Positions 25,262 through 38,490 of a stretch of 64,000 nt of DNA are shown in pieces. The stretch is from NCBI GenBank assembly GCA_951406725.2, contig OX597819.1:100316001-100380000 (forward strand), read 5' to 3'. Each line of letters starts with the position of its first letter. Positions within the stretch are counted from its first letter, which is position 1. The notes beneath the pieces are model-generated. The model was not told the origin of the DNA, did not search any database, and saw only the letters and a program-made list of their open reading frames with translations. The DNA is from Octopus vulgaris. Its lineage: Eukaryota. A program made the translations under genes and the position numbers.

Positions 25262-25394
25262 ATTTATTATATAGAAGGAGCTTTACAGGACTAGAACTGT
25301 TTCATTCAAGAGAAATCTTCAGGAAGCACTTTCTGAAGATTTCTCTTGAATGAAACAGTTCTAGTCCTGTAGAAGCTCCTTCTATATAATAAAT
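25262..25394. repeat. Near-perfect ~62-bp-arm palindrome with a hammerhead-like core in each arm
   Basis: ATTTATTATATAGAAGGAGC..TCTTCAG and CTGAAGA..GCTCCTTCTATATAATAAAT; one bulged base; the arm reads CUGAAGA UUUCUCUUGAAU GAAAC A GUU. Confidence 0.9.
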
Positions 25395-25479
25395 TAAGTT
25401 TACTCTGCTATGTATTGAGTACCTTATTTACTGTGGTTAACCCCGAATCAACCCGGGACCTACATATATATATATATAT

Positions 25480-25646
25480 ATACGACGGGATTCTTTCAGT
25501 TTCCGTCTACCAAATCCACTCACAAGTCTTTGGTAAGCCGGAGGCTATAGCAGAAGACACTTGCACAAAGTTCCTTGCAGTGGGACTGAACCCGAAACCA
25601 TGTGGTTGGTAAGCAAGTTTCTTACCACACAGCCATGCCTGCGCCT
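25480..25646 (-). mobile_element. SINE family A, 5' half
   Basis: Matches the head of 5176-5345. Confidence 0.88.
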
Positions 25647-25690
25647 ATATATGTATATATATATGTATATATATATAGTGAGAGAGAGAG

Positions 25691-25694
<4 letters not shown>

Positions 25695-25779
<85 letters not shown>

Positions 25780-25840
25780 TAAATATAAATAGATAGATAG
25801 ATATAGATATACATACATAGATAGTTAAATAAGTAGATAA

Positions 25841-25917
<77 letters not shown>

Positions 25918-25920
25918 GAT
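25695..25920. repeat. (GATA)n microsatellite
   Basis: Direct reading. Confidence 0.95.
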
Positions 25921-25987
25921 AGAGAGAGAGAGTTATAAATGACAGAATTATTTAGGTAAATCTATATTTAAGGATAAAAAAATCCCA

Positions 25988-26137
25988 ATATCACGACAAA
26001 CTTGTTTGATAACTCAAACACATGTAAATAACTTATGTTATTATATAGTAAATAAATTACTTATATGTCCACACTAATAAAAATGTAAAAAAACCCTTCA
26101 AAATAATGCAGGATTGTGCTATGTCATCAGGTGAAAT
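25988..26137 (-). ncRNA. Degenerate hammerhead-like motif with long helix II region
   Basis: UCAC CUGAUGA..~115 nt..CAAAC AAGUUU GUC GUGA. Helix I UCAC/GUGA is intact but GAAA reads CAAA, so it is probably inactive. Confidence 0.45.
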
Positions 26138-26585
26138 AGATTTTATGTTAAAATCTGAACTGGGCAACGGAGTTTGACGAAAACTTATGGCTGCTGAAGC
26201 GTCTTAGTTCTCCCAGTCCATGACACAAATACTTTTCCAAGGGAAAGCTCTCTATCTTCAATGATGAAGTTGGCACCATCATCCTTGCAACCGTTCTCAA
26301 AACGCAGTGATCCGGAATAGGTACTGCGAGTCCTCTTGTTTGACTCGATTACCGTTTCGTATAAGTGTGTGCGTGTGTGTGCATGTGTGTGCGCATGCGC
26401 GTGTGTATGCATACCCTTTCTCATGTACATGTACATGTGCACTCATGAACACACTCACATACACAACACATACACACACACGTACACCAATACAACCAAT
26501 AACATAACTACATTCTTGCATTGACGCTCCTTGTATATGCAAATGTACGCATGTACACACATATACATACACATACACACACACG

Positions 26586-26617
<32 letters not shown>

Positions 26618-26930
26618 CACACACGCAAACACGCGCGTGCACAGTTCCATACAAATTCATACACTAACTTGCCTCAACGCCGCCATATGCAGACACAGTA
26701 ACACCGCCAGTTTCTTGTCCGACCACGTGGTCAAGTAAGCGCCCGTTTCTGAGGGAACTTTGTGACTAAACACTTTACATTATTCAGAATGACACCACTT
26801 CGACCAATAGCATTGCATATGCTTGTAACCGTCCTGGACTTCCTGGACCTCGTCATTCTGTCATTTCAGGAGCATGTAGGGGCCTGCGAAATTTGAAGTA
26901 GCACCAAGACTGAATCAAACTCTTCTGAAT

Positions 26931-26983
<53 letters not shown>

Positions 26984-27112
26984 GTAAGATTATAAGGATA
27001 AAGATCACGTTAATGATTTTTATCAAGTAGCTAGCATTCTGTAAAAATTTATAGGCAATTAATACATTAAATTAATATTAGTAATAATGTGCATAAATGT
27101 ATGTATAAATTC

Positions 27113-27338
27113 TATCAAGGATACTACGGGTGGGGAACAACCTATCTCCAGCATGCTTGAAGTGCCAATACCTTCAAAAACTACAAAAACTGCAGCTAAA
27201 AATATGCACATGCTTGAAAGCAAAAAAATAAGCCTTGTTTCTCGTCAACGCAATACACAGAGGGAATATAAGTCCAAAGAGCTATGCATGCCGCATCTAT
27301 CAATCAATCAATCAATCAATCTATCTATCTATCTATCC

Positions 27339-27411
<73 letters not shown>

Positions 27412-27650
27412 TTATTTCGACACATATTTCCCTCTGTGTATTGTGTTGACGAAGGAAAAAAGGCTTATTTTTTCCTTTAATCCAGAAATTGGAACCAATT
27501 CACAATTAACGTGAGGTATTTTAAATTTTCTCTCACTAGCACACTTTCAGCCATGTGTGTATTTTTAGCTGCAGTTTTTGGTAGTTTTTGAAGATATCAG
27601 CACTTCAACCATGCTGGAGATATGTCGTTTTCGCCCTAGCTCCCTTGATA
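27113..27650. mobile_element. Diverged inverted-repeat pair flanking a microsatellite
   Basis: 27113-27283 is an imperfect reverse complement of 27410-27650 (the right arm has ~65 extra bp); the spacer is (CAAT)n(CTAT)n(TA)n. Confidence 0.8.
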
Positions 27651-27654
27651 TGAT

Positions 27655-27687
<33 letters not shown>

Positions 27688-27807
27688 ACACAAACACACA
27701 TACATATGTATATATATATGCATATATATACATATATATATATGCGCATATATATGTATATATGTGTGCATATATATGCATATATAGACATATATATATA
27801 CACATAT

Positions 27808-27858
<51 letters not shown>

Positions 27859-28491
27859 AATACACACACACTCACACTAACACGAACTCACACATACACA
27901 TTCATGCACACACACTCATACACACACATGGACACACTAAAACACACACACACATAGACATGTGCCCCGTGTACGAATTTGAGGAAAGATTAAATTAAAA
28001 TAGCCATCAAGTATCATAATTAATGTATAAACACTGTTAGCAGCAAAGTTCCTGCTGTATTCGTTGGATGTAACACATTTATATCGGAGAGAGATGGAAA
28101 AGTCTCCTGCAAACGGTTAGTGAGAACGTGAAATGTATCCCGGCTTTATTGGTCTCAGAAAATGACTTGTATTCGTAGCTAACCACGCGCCCAGACAAGA
28201 TTTCTCGTCGCGGATATAGCATACAATGAATAATTCATTCATGTTTGTAATCAAAAGCCGCAGGTTTGAATAATAATCTGGTGCACGCAATAGAAGCAAT
28301 ATTTAATTGATTACAGCCTATCTGTAATATCTAATGTGTTTTTACACAGATTATATCCATAAGACATTTTATTTCGGACGTAAACAGTAGTAGCTCGCCT
28401 GTCAACGATGTTTGTACATTAAGCATGATACATAAATGTTGATATATATGTGCATGTATGTATGTCTCTTCTGTATTCAATCATTTAAATT

Positions 28492-28580
28492 CTACCTCTG
28501 AAGAAGCAGCTGGTTTCTAACAAAATACAAAGCTCCATCTATGGAATGTAAGATAGCGAAAACGATGTCAGATTTTAGAA
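28492..28580 (+). ncRNA. Degenerate hammerhead-like motif; related repeat copy at 34585-34645 (-)
   Basis: CU CUGAAGA AGC..GC GAAA ACGAU GUC AG; the internal AGCTGGTTTC..CAAAGCTCCATC..TGGAATGTA recurs inverted at 34585-34645. Confidence 0.4.
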
Positions 28581-30360
28581 TTGTCTAAAAAGTCTTGCGT
28601 AGTTTTACTGTTCCGCTTACAGATTGTATTTGTAATGTGTGAAGCAGTTGGTCGATTTCTTTTTCTAAACATCGAAGTATGTACGTACGTATGTATGTAC
28701 GTATGTATGTACGTATGTATGTATGTACGTATGTATGTCCGTATGTATGTATGTATATATGTTTGTACGTATGCATGTATGCATGTATGTATGTATGTAT
28801 GTATGTATGTATGTATGTATGTATGTATGTATGTATGTATGTATGACGATATGTATGTGTGTATGAATGTATGAATATATGTATATGCATATATATATGT
28901 ATATGTGAATATATATATATGCATGTATGTATCTATTTATCTATACATACATACAGATAGCCAGATAGAGAAATAGACAGACAGACAGTCAGACAGAGAG
29001 CTAGCTAGCTAGATATATATTGATTAAGGCCGAACAATATAATAGACCCGAGTGTTTGTTGTAATATAATTTTCTCCCTGCAATTGAAAGGAAATTAAGT
29101 AAGAACAGGATTGAAACTGAGCTGCTATATAAGCACGGTTAGAGTTAAGAATTTACGTTTTAGAACTCTAAAACCATTAATATTAGCTTTGATTGTTAGT
29201 GTTGTATCAAGAGATGTCGTTGTTGATTGTTGTTTTTTAAATCTATATGCTATTTATTTTATCATTACAATCTTTTCGTTATTATGTATGTCCACTTTAT
29301 TATTGTTATTTGTGAGTATTTATTTGTAGCCAGCATTTCCGGGTCTCAATTTTCAAAGAATTCATTTGAAAAAGCATTGAAGAGAAAAACAAGGTTGTAT
29401 TCTTAATGTTGCTAATTATATTCAAATGTTTTTCTGTGGGTTTTCTTTTCTGTCCTCTCATTCAACTTCAGATGAACGAATGAAATACGAAGTCCCCTAA
29501 ACCGCCCTCTTTTATTCTTCTCCGTTCTGAGCCCTCCCTGAAGTTACCGACATTGATGCTGACATCACGGTCAGCATACACATCAATAACAGGATCCCTA
29601 TTATCTATAACTGACAAACAAACCAACAACCTTCTCACAATAAAACACCTTAACTGAATTATATATCATGTTTTATTTCTTCCTTTCCACTGTCTAGCAA
29701 AGTTGAAGTTTAAACACACCTTTCTGTTATGTTAAACGGACCATATTGTATGATGTTTTTTCTCATACAGTATATCAACCATGCAGTACTTGATAGTGCT
29801 GGATATACAGCGCTGTGTTACTTATCAATTGCTATCTAATTTCAGTTATATTCATTCTTTTGATATATTTAAGTATCTCGTAAAATTCTATGGATCTGTA
29901 ATAACGCTGCTCGAGTGTTTAAATTGGCTCATATAAGACCAGCTTTACACGTTTACACTATATATATATGTATATACATACACTTATATGTGTATATATA
30001 TATATACATATATATATGTAGAATCATATGTATTTAAATATATGTATATACATATATATGTATGTACATACATATATACGTATATATATACATAAATGTT
30101 TGTCATAGTTTGTTACGTAATGAAATTATATACATAAATCTCCGCTCAAACTGACGCCAAACATATACAGACACACACATACACGCACACATACACATAT
30201 ATGAATATGTGTGCTCACGCGTTAATATCGAATAATGAGAATGAGAATTTAACACCGTATTGGTGGAACATTTTGCTATTTATGGATTGAGGCTACTAGT
30301 GGTTTCATGTTAAAATCTTTCTCTCATAACATAAGACTAATGGTAGCTTTAAACCTATAT

Positions 30361-30690
30361 ATTTTCTTTGTAGTTTCAGCTCAGAGCTGTGCCCATGCTG
30401 GATCACCACCGTTCTGCTACAATGTTATTACTGAGAACCTCTTCCAATATGTGGCACTTCGTGAAGAATGTAGTTTGATGTAGCTACCCTCTTGCCGTGA
30501 GGTAGATTCGTCTGGGACTCTCGACAGGAAGAGGTTCAGCCTTGATTTTAAAATGCCTACATCTACTTTGTGCATGTTCTTCAGGCTCTTTGGGAGGATA
30601 TTAAAAAGATGTGGGCCTCTGAAACCCTTGCTGTTGTCGTAATTGGTCCTGAAGCACGATGGCATTGCTGGGATGTTTGGCACTGTGCAC
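30361..30690 (-). mobile_element. CR1-group LINE 3' end
   Basis: NSKGFRGPHLFNILPKSLKNMHKVDVGILKSRLNLFLSRVPDE is a CR1/L2-group ORF2 C-terminus; followed by a short 3' UTR with the hairpin CAGCTC-T-GAGCTG. Confidence 0.85.
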
Positions 30691-30829
<139 letters not shown>

Positions 30830-31501
30830 TAAATGTAATATCCAACGATCGAGATGTAGGAAGGATAGTTTCAAGCAATCCGGAGAAAATATAAAGAGCA
30901 ACAATCATCTCACATTATACGTTCTCATCTCACGTTATACGTTTAGGATTTAAAAGAACAAAAATCTTTAAGACAATTTTCTTCAGTGTAACATTGCTAC
31001 ATTTTCAGGCTAATCACAAATCATGCTTATTCTTCCCCTCCCAAAATGCCACAAATCTCTTTCATGCTCTCTTCCATTCTCTCTGTCTCCGACTTTGTTT
31101 CTGTCTCTATCTTACTCTCTTATTATGTGTGTGGGTGCCAATATTATTGTATGTACATATTACTTTGATCTTTACAATGCTACATCTTAATATAACTACC
31201 TATTTTGTCATATATATTCAGTATTCTCTCTGTTAGTCTCTCATGCCTGAATATCCTCCGTCTCTACATTTCTCTATTTTATACCTCCCACAAGCAGAGT
31301 AGCCTGTTGCTATACATCTATGTCTCCATCCATAACAGATAAGCTCCCTGTCACCGTGGGAGGCCGAATCGCTAGTTTTCGCCCTTGAGTTACGTCTAAC
31401 AAATGCAAAGAAGTAGTTTGTCGTAGCAAAGTTTAAGAAAATGTATATACGCGTATCATCACTCTGCCCCCTAGAGTACACACACACACACACATACACA
31501 A

Positions 31502-31540
<39 letters not shown>

Positions 31541-31543
31541 GAT

Positions 31544-31598
<55 letters not shown>

Positions 31599-31602
31599 TG
31601 CA

Positions 31603-31660
<58 letters not shown>

Positions 31661-32292
31661 AGAGTGTGTATACTTGGATGTAGCAACATAATACATACAC
31701 ATATATTAAAACAGTAGTCAATGTTTTTGTTTTCAATTGATGAATTGATATTTTGAACTATAAAGTATTTTCTTTCGACAAACACTATTTTCGTCTGTCT
31801 AAAAAACTACACTGGTTACAAGACAGGATTTATTTCTCTGTGAACAGGAAATATATTTTATATGATAGATATTATGCTGACTACTGACCGATAAATAGCT
31901 TACAGCCATTACATGGAAATTATACCACGACTCAACTGATAAGTCAATGATCTGAGGGTGAAACCACCGACCTGCCATTTCTTAAATGAAAATGTTAAAA
32001 AGAATCGCTACACTAATATCGTAATATAATGTATTGCGTACTACATCTGAAATGACTCTCCTTCTCTTGAACATATGTGTGCACGTGCCTCTGTGTATGT
32101 GTGCGCGCGTGCGTCTATGTTTGTATGTACGTACGTATGTATTATGTATGTATGTATGTATGTATGTATGTATGTATGTATGTATGTATGTATGTATGTA
32201 TGCATGTATATATATATATGTATATGCCGCTCGTCAGGTAAGAATTTAGTAATCATGTACTCCACTAAAAGTAAAGATATATGAATAAGTTT

Positions 32293-32350
<58 letters not shown>

Positions 32351-32367
32351 GTATATATATGGGTGTG

Positions 32368-32411
<44 letters not shown>

Positions 32412-32494
32412 GTATATATATATATATACATATGTATATATATGGGTGTGTATGTATATATATATATATATATATATACATATGTATATATATG

Positions 32495-32557
<63 letters not shown>

Positions 32558-32614
32558 TAGATAATAAAACGAATGGTTTACTGTTAAAGAACGGTCAATT
32601 TCTAAAGTGTACAC

Positions 32615-34087
32615 TCTGTATATGGTAAATGAAAGACAGAAGATGGAATGTACGAGAAATTATTTTATTAATCACGACAATTGTTTCAACTGCTTTAGCA
32701 TCGATCCCTCACAGTTGCGACACGTAACAACTTGTTCCGAATCATTCAGCGGTGCAGACGTGTGCCATCGGGTGATAAATAATAAATACAACTATTTAAA
32801 ATAACAGTTCCGCAATCTATTTTCTCCTTTCGTAGAAAGAAAAGCAACAAAACGCAGAAAATAACTTCGTTTATACAGAAGATCAAACATATGATCATAG
32901 ATGCAAAAAAACAAAAAAACAAACGAACACCCAATACAGCAAGAACAGTATTAGAAATAACCGTTAATAGATATGGATGTACAAACAGCCTCGCGCAAGT
33001 TGCACAGTGCGTGCACGCCCGCTCGTACAAGGATCCGCGAAAATGTAAGCGTACGCATACATGTGGTTTGGTGCACGGTCCTAAAGCGAGTTATATGACT
33101 ACTTGATGTTTATAAGAATGGAGAGGTAAAAGCTAAACTTAATTCATTCATACCTTAAAGCAAATTATGTTAACAGTTGTTCATATTCATTCCCACTGAA
33201 TTATGCGAAAGTACATTTATATATGTGTAGCTATTTTGAGAATCTTTCAGTAAATCTATTAATGATCTTCTCATTAGACTCCAAAATAGTCGAGGATTCC
33301 TTGAAGCATAGTCATCTCCTGGAAATGATATTGTATAGTTCTGCGTACCATACTATGGACCAAGTTATGTTGTACTTCATTTTATCTACCTTCAGTCGCC
33401 ATACAAATTCGGTCAAAGATGATGCATCTCTCTTATTGATTCTCTTGATAAAGCTTCTTAAATCTATCAGTAATCTGCCTAATGTAAACACACGGCCCTC
33501 TCCTCGTATGCACGGTACATTTATATAGAAGATTTGTACTCATGCAGAGGTTCCTCATTGGGAATTTTTATTTTTCTCTACATGAACATTTATTATATTT
33601 ATTTGTATACATGGCAGTTCTGACTTCATTTTCCGACGTATTTACCGTGTTCGCTATATCATAATCATTTCTACTATTACAATTTTGGCCATAATTGGTG
33701 CTTTTCGTTGAGGTTTACATCTCCTTTGATGGTATTTAGATGCGTTTACTCGCTAGATCCAGTAGATGAGTAACCGAACTGTTATCGCATATTACTAATG
33801 TATATGCGATGCATAAGCTTCTCCAATTTAGCAGAGTTAGCGTAGGATACCTTCACGGATTGTCGATTAAAAATAGCATGATAATGATTAGATTTAGGAA
33901 AACATTTTATACAAAGCGGCAAACAAAGTTTTCCAACGATCGTGGTTGAGACAAGCGAACTAAAAATTGGGTTGAACCAGGGGACATCCTGATTTCTAAA
34001 TGTAACGGATCGATGCTACATGTGTCAAAACAATTGTTGTGATCATGAATAAAAATTGTATATTCCATCTCCCGTATTTCGTTTACC

Positions 34088-34090
<3 letters not shown>
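32615..34090 (-). mobile_element. 5'-truncated Penelope-like element with GIY-YIG endonuclease remnant and inverted 5' pLTR piece
   Basis: Broken translation from ~34000 to 33200: WFNPIFS..CFPKSNHYHAIFNRQSVKVSY..KCSCREK*KFPMRNLC..LLYKCTV..VYIRQITDRFKK..SLTEFVWRLK..WSIV..LCFKE..INR. 32618-32710 is inverted at 34003-34090. Confidence 0.88.
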
Positions 34091-34138
<48 letters not shown>

Positions 34139-34360
34139 CTGTTACTACTATGCAAAAGTGTGGTAAGATCAAAACGTTGCTGTTTCAGTTAACGAATAAA
34201 TACTTTCATCATTCCATAGCAAAACTGTTGACAACTTTTGAAATCTTGGCAACTTAAGATAGTTTGACCAAAATAACCTGCTATTTGCAAGCAGAAATAA
34301 ATGTTGAGGAAAACGTCTTCGGCCAAAATTTACATATGACAGTTTAATATAATTGCAATG

Positions 34361-34417
<57 letters not shown>

Positions 34418-34473
34418 TACATACATACCTACATATACATATATATATATATGTATATATATGTATATATATG

Positions 34474-34515
<42 letters not shown>

Positions 34516-35249
34516 TATTGACAGATAGTTATGTCTGTATACACATGCGTACATGCATACGTACTTACATGCAATCATACATATATACATTCCAGCGATG
34601 GAGCTTTGCATCTTTATTTGAAACCAGCTACTTCATGAAGAGAAGAACTTCAATAGTTAACAACAGAAAAGAACATGTATGTAAAGACATGCATATCTTA
34701 TGTACCATAGCTAGATATGAACAGGGAAACATCTCCTGATGAGATAATTCTTGTAAATTAGGTAAGCTTATTTATATGCAATTTAATAGACAAATCAATA
34801 GTGTAAGATTCTGCTTTACCGTGAGAGAGAAAGAAAGTTTACACATCGTACAGTAAACATCGTATGAGTGAAATAAATATTTTGTTATGATTATAAAGAG
34901 TGGAAGATCAGGATGGGGAAATACGACCTACAAGATGGTCTTTTGTGATTAGTGTAATCCTGCTAGTTCGAGATGACAATGTTTTACTTACACTATTCGA
35001 TAGTAATCGTTTTGTTGCTGTTTTTGCTGCTGTTAATATTACCCCAGTCATTCCTGACCGAGTAAACTCGTCACCAAAGGAAATGCAGCCATGATGAATT
35101 CACCTGTTTGAAAATCTAGAACCACACTGCCCGATATATCCTTCATCTTTCTAAGATGGCAGTATGTAATTTAATAGATTTAAAGTTATTTCTAGTAGGA
35201 CAAAGTCTTGCGTAGCTGCTTCAAAGATGCCTAGATGTGACTATTTTTT

Positions 35250-35640
35250 ATTACACAGAAGTCCAACGAGAGACTGACTAATGGGCAAGCAGGTGAAAAG
35301 AAGTGAGGTGCCGAACAACATTTGAGAGATAAATCTGCGTACTGTAAGAAATAGCGCAGAAATATTGACAATATGTCTTGATTGTAGAAAGGCATTTGAT
35401 TGTTTTCCCTCATGAGTGCACTTGGCAAAATTGCCTGCTTCCAGTAAATGAATTACAAAATGATGGTTAATAAATCACGTATTTCAAACAGAATATTTCA
35501 AGGAGTCAGTCATAGTGGAATTGTGTACATTTTGGCACAGATATCCTGAGGTTAACTTTTAGGGTTTGCAACAGCGATATTACCGATCAAATTCATGATT
35601 TATTTGGAGACAAATTAAGAACCCTTCTTCAACATATTAA
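35250..35640 (+). mobile_element. Decayed non-LTR RT fragment (R4/Dong-like)
   Basis: GQAGEKK*GAEQHL..RRN..LDCRKAFDC..IFQGVSHS correspond to the EQ.G, DYxKAFDS and GIFQGDSLS motifs. Confidence 0.65.
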
Positions 35641-37670
35641 CAATCCTGAGAAACTGCTGGTTGTAGTATAGATAAGACCAAATCTAAAATGCTTAAATTT
35701 GATAGCTGCTGCAGATGGAAAGAAGTTCCACACCTTTAAATCATTACAACTCTGCATTCCTATGAACTCTCTATCTCCTGTTGTACACACCAAAAATTTC
35801 TACAAATACCGTGATATTAGCGAATAATGGTAGAGGTTCTCTGGATGTCAATGGTCGTAATAGGAACTAATATTTGTTGGTGATAGTTAATGAAATAGAC
35901 GGGAAAGTAGAAAATTATTTCCTGATTAATGTTATGAAGATATGCCTATCATGCAGGAGATGACGTCCAATATGCAATCGATGATAACGACCACAACGAT
36001 GATAATGATTATGATGGTGCGCTCGACTATAATACAAAGGAGGAGGAGGAGGGGGGGAGATGAGGACAAGAACAATTACAATGACGAGGACAATAGTGGC
36101 GATGATAATGATGGTAATGATGAGGAAGAGAAGGAGGTGGAGGGGCATCTAAGTATTCCAACCGTGACCAAGCTATCTTTTGATAAGCATTCTAGAACTA
36201 CATTATTCAATGAATCCTTTCATTGCATAAGACGGTAGAATGTTATTTAAGGAAGATTTGGTCATTAGTTTTTGCATGTCTAGCAGTGACATAAGCTCTA
36301 TCGTTGATTTTATCATAATATGTTGATCGCAACAAGTCTTACACGTGTAAGTGCTAATTCTCTTGGTGTTATTCTTGTTCTGCCCAAGTTCAAAACTGGT
36401 TCAGTAGACGTATGTTTAAACTACTCCACTCATGGAAAGACGATCCCTCCTTTCCACTTGTGTCTAAGACTCCATTGAGTGAGATCTGTTTATTCAGGAA
36501 TAGCGTGTGGCTTACAGCAAAACAAACGGCTCTTTCCCGAAAGCTAAGTGACCGCGTACGGTTTCGTCGGAATCCCGATTGTTTCTGATGCTGTTTTTGT
36601 TGTTGCAATAACTTAGTTTGCAGCTATTGTAATTACTTTTGATATTGCTGCTGTTTAGATCCAGAGTAGCTATAATCGAGCCATTCTATACTTTACGACA
36701 CTCCATCAACGGCCATCTCGTCTTACTCTCTCGCACTGTTCATCTTCAATTACCTTACTCGATTCATCAATTCTAAATACTTTTATGATTTTATTTCAAG
36801 GCGATTTGGTAGCTATTTCTAGCAGAACAAGCGACTGTATAGTGCCACTTTAGCTGTTGTTGTTGTAGTTGTAATTGCAATTGTTAGCCCAGCTACTACT
36901 GACACTGCTGATGTTATTACTATTTCATTTGTGATCTTTCGTAGGATTCATTTTAAGGCTTCCACTTAGATGTAGGGAATGTGCGATTATGATAACGAAA
37001 CATTAATGTATGAAGAGAGATGGAAAGGAAAGAGAAAGAGATGCATTCAGAAAGAGAAAAGAGCGCATGTGAAGGGAAGATAGTCTAAGTAAGAAGATGA
37101 CGGATGTGAGAATTGTGATCATAGAAAAATAAAAAGAAAAAACAGCTTACAAATTTGCTAAAATGAATGTGATTGTTGCTTGAGAAAATATCATAAATTT
37201 CCATGTCTGTCTAAACTACACTGAAAGGTTTCTGAACTTAAATTATAGTCTCACTAAATTTAACGTGTGAATAAATGGACGGAGGTGGCCCCTAGTGGGA
37301 GGTAGGGGGGAAGCTTAGGACAATGAGTAACTTTTAGTGGTTGTGTTTCAGTGTGTTTCCATGAATGTGCCTGTCTAAACGTGTGTGTGTGTGGTGGGGG
37401 ATATTGGGCAAGGAGTGTGTAATATAGGATGATAGGGGAATGGAGCTATGAAATGTCACTCGAGCAAATTAGATAAATCGAGAAAAATTTTTTTCTCTAA
37501 ATATTTCATCAAATCATTTATTGTTGGATAGAAAGATACTGAATAACTGAATGTAGAATAAATGCGCAAAATATGTGCATGCACGTTTCTTCATATGAAC
37601 GGTTTTAATGTATCACTGTAAGGATGTATATAGGTATATATATATGTATGTGTGTATATCTATCTATGTC

Positions 37671-37713
<43 letters not shown>

Positions 37714-37786
37714 GTATATTCATATGTAAATATATGTATATAGATATATATATCTATACACACATATTTGTATACACGCACACACG

Positions 37787-37839
<53 letters not shown>

Positions 37840-38189
37840 ATACATATATACATATATGTCTGGAAACTTCGTGATTGTCGTGAAAAAATCGATAATACGG
37901 ATATTCCAATGGATCTTTCTATCTACTACATATTACTAATATTTAAACACCCAAGGGAAATAACCCATGCCACCTTCAGATTTTAGCGAAGCGATCAATA
38001 TTTGATTCTCACGATGAGCCGACCTAATTCTGCATTTCATTACTCACAGTTTTGAAATGCTAAACATTATTATTGCCCTTCCTTAATTTAAATCTTAAAC
38101 ATTAAAGACTTCGTTCATACGTTTCTATACATAAATACTTTTTTGACTGCCCATTACTCCGAGAATTCAGCATTTTTACAGTTACACTT

Positions 38190-38490
38190 TTTCCATGACA
38201 GTAGATAAATGTTTATTCCACAACGTATTTGTGGTGGCTTCAGGCAGGCGTAGCGTGGATTCGATCCTCGATTGCCAAATTTCACTTAACACTTTAACAG
38301 CGCTTTTCTCACGGTAAAACGATAGTTTTCTGTGAATGACAGCAGTTATACATTTCCCAGATGCCTTCGCTAAGCAGAATAATGTCTTTGCCTCTCGCAA
38401 ACCTCCGACAAACTCTCTCGCCAACATCCAACAATCTCTCCCTCCTCCAGCTGACAGCTTTTTGTACTTTTTCGTGACAGAAAATACACA
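38190..38490. promoter_or_regulatory. Candidate cis-regulatory module with four TGACAG sites
   Basis: TGACAG at 38196, 38337, 38452 and 38475, one overlapping CAGCTG, in apparently non-repetitive sequence. Confidence 0.25.

Noticed and set aside
28020-28330. Exon or conserved regulatory element in unique-looking sequence
   Set aside because: No supported reading frame, splice pair or motif cluster; it cannot be called without comparative data.
32231-32240. Minus-strand CTGACGA as a hammerhead core
   Set aside because: No downstream GAAA/NUH with pairing flanks; it runs into microsatellite.
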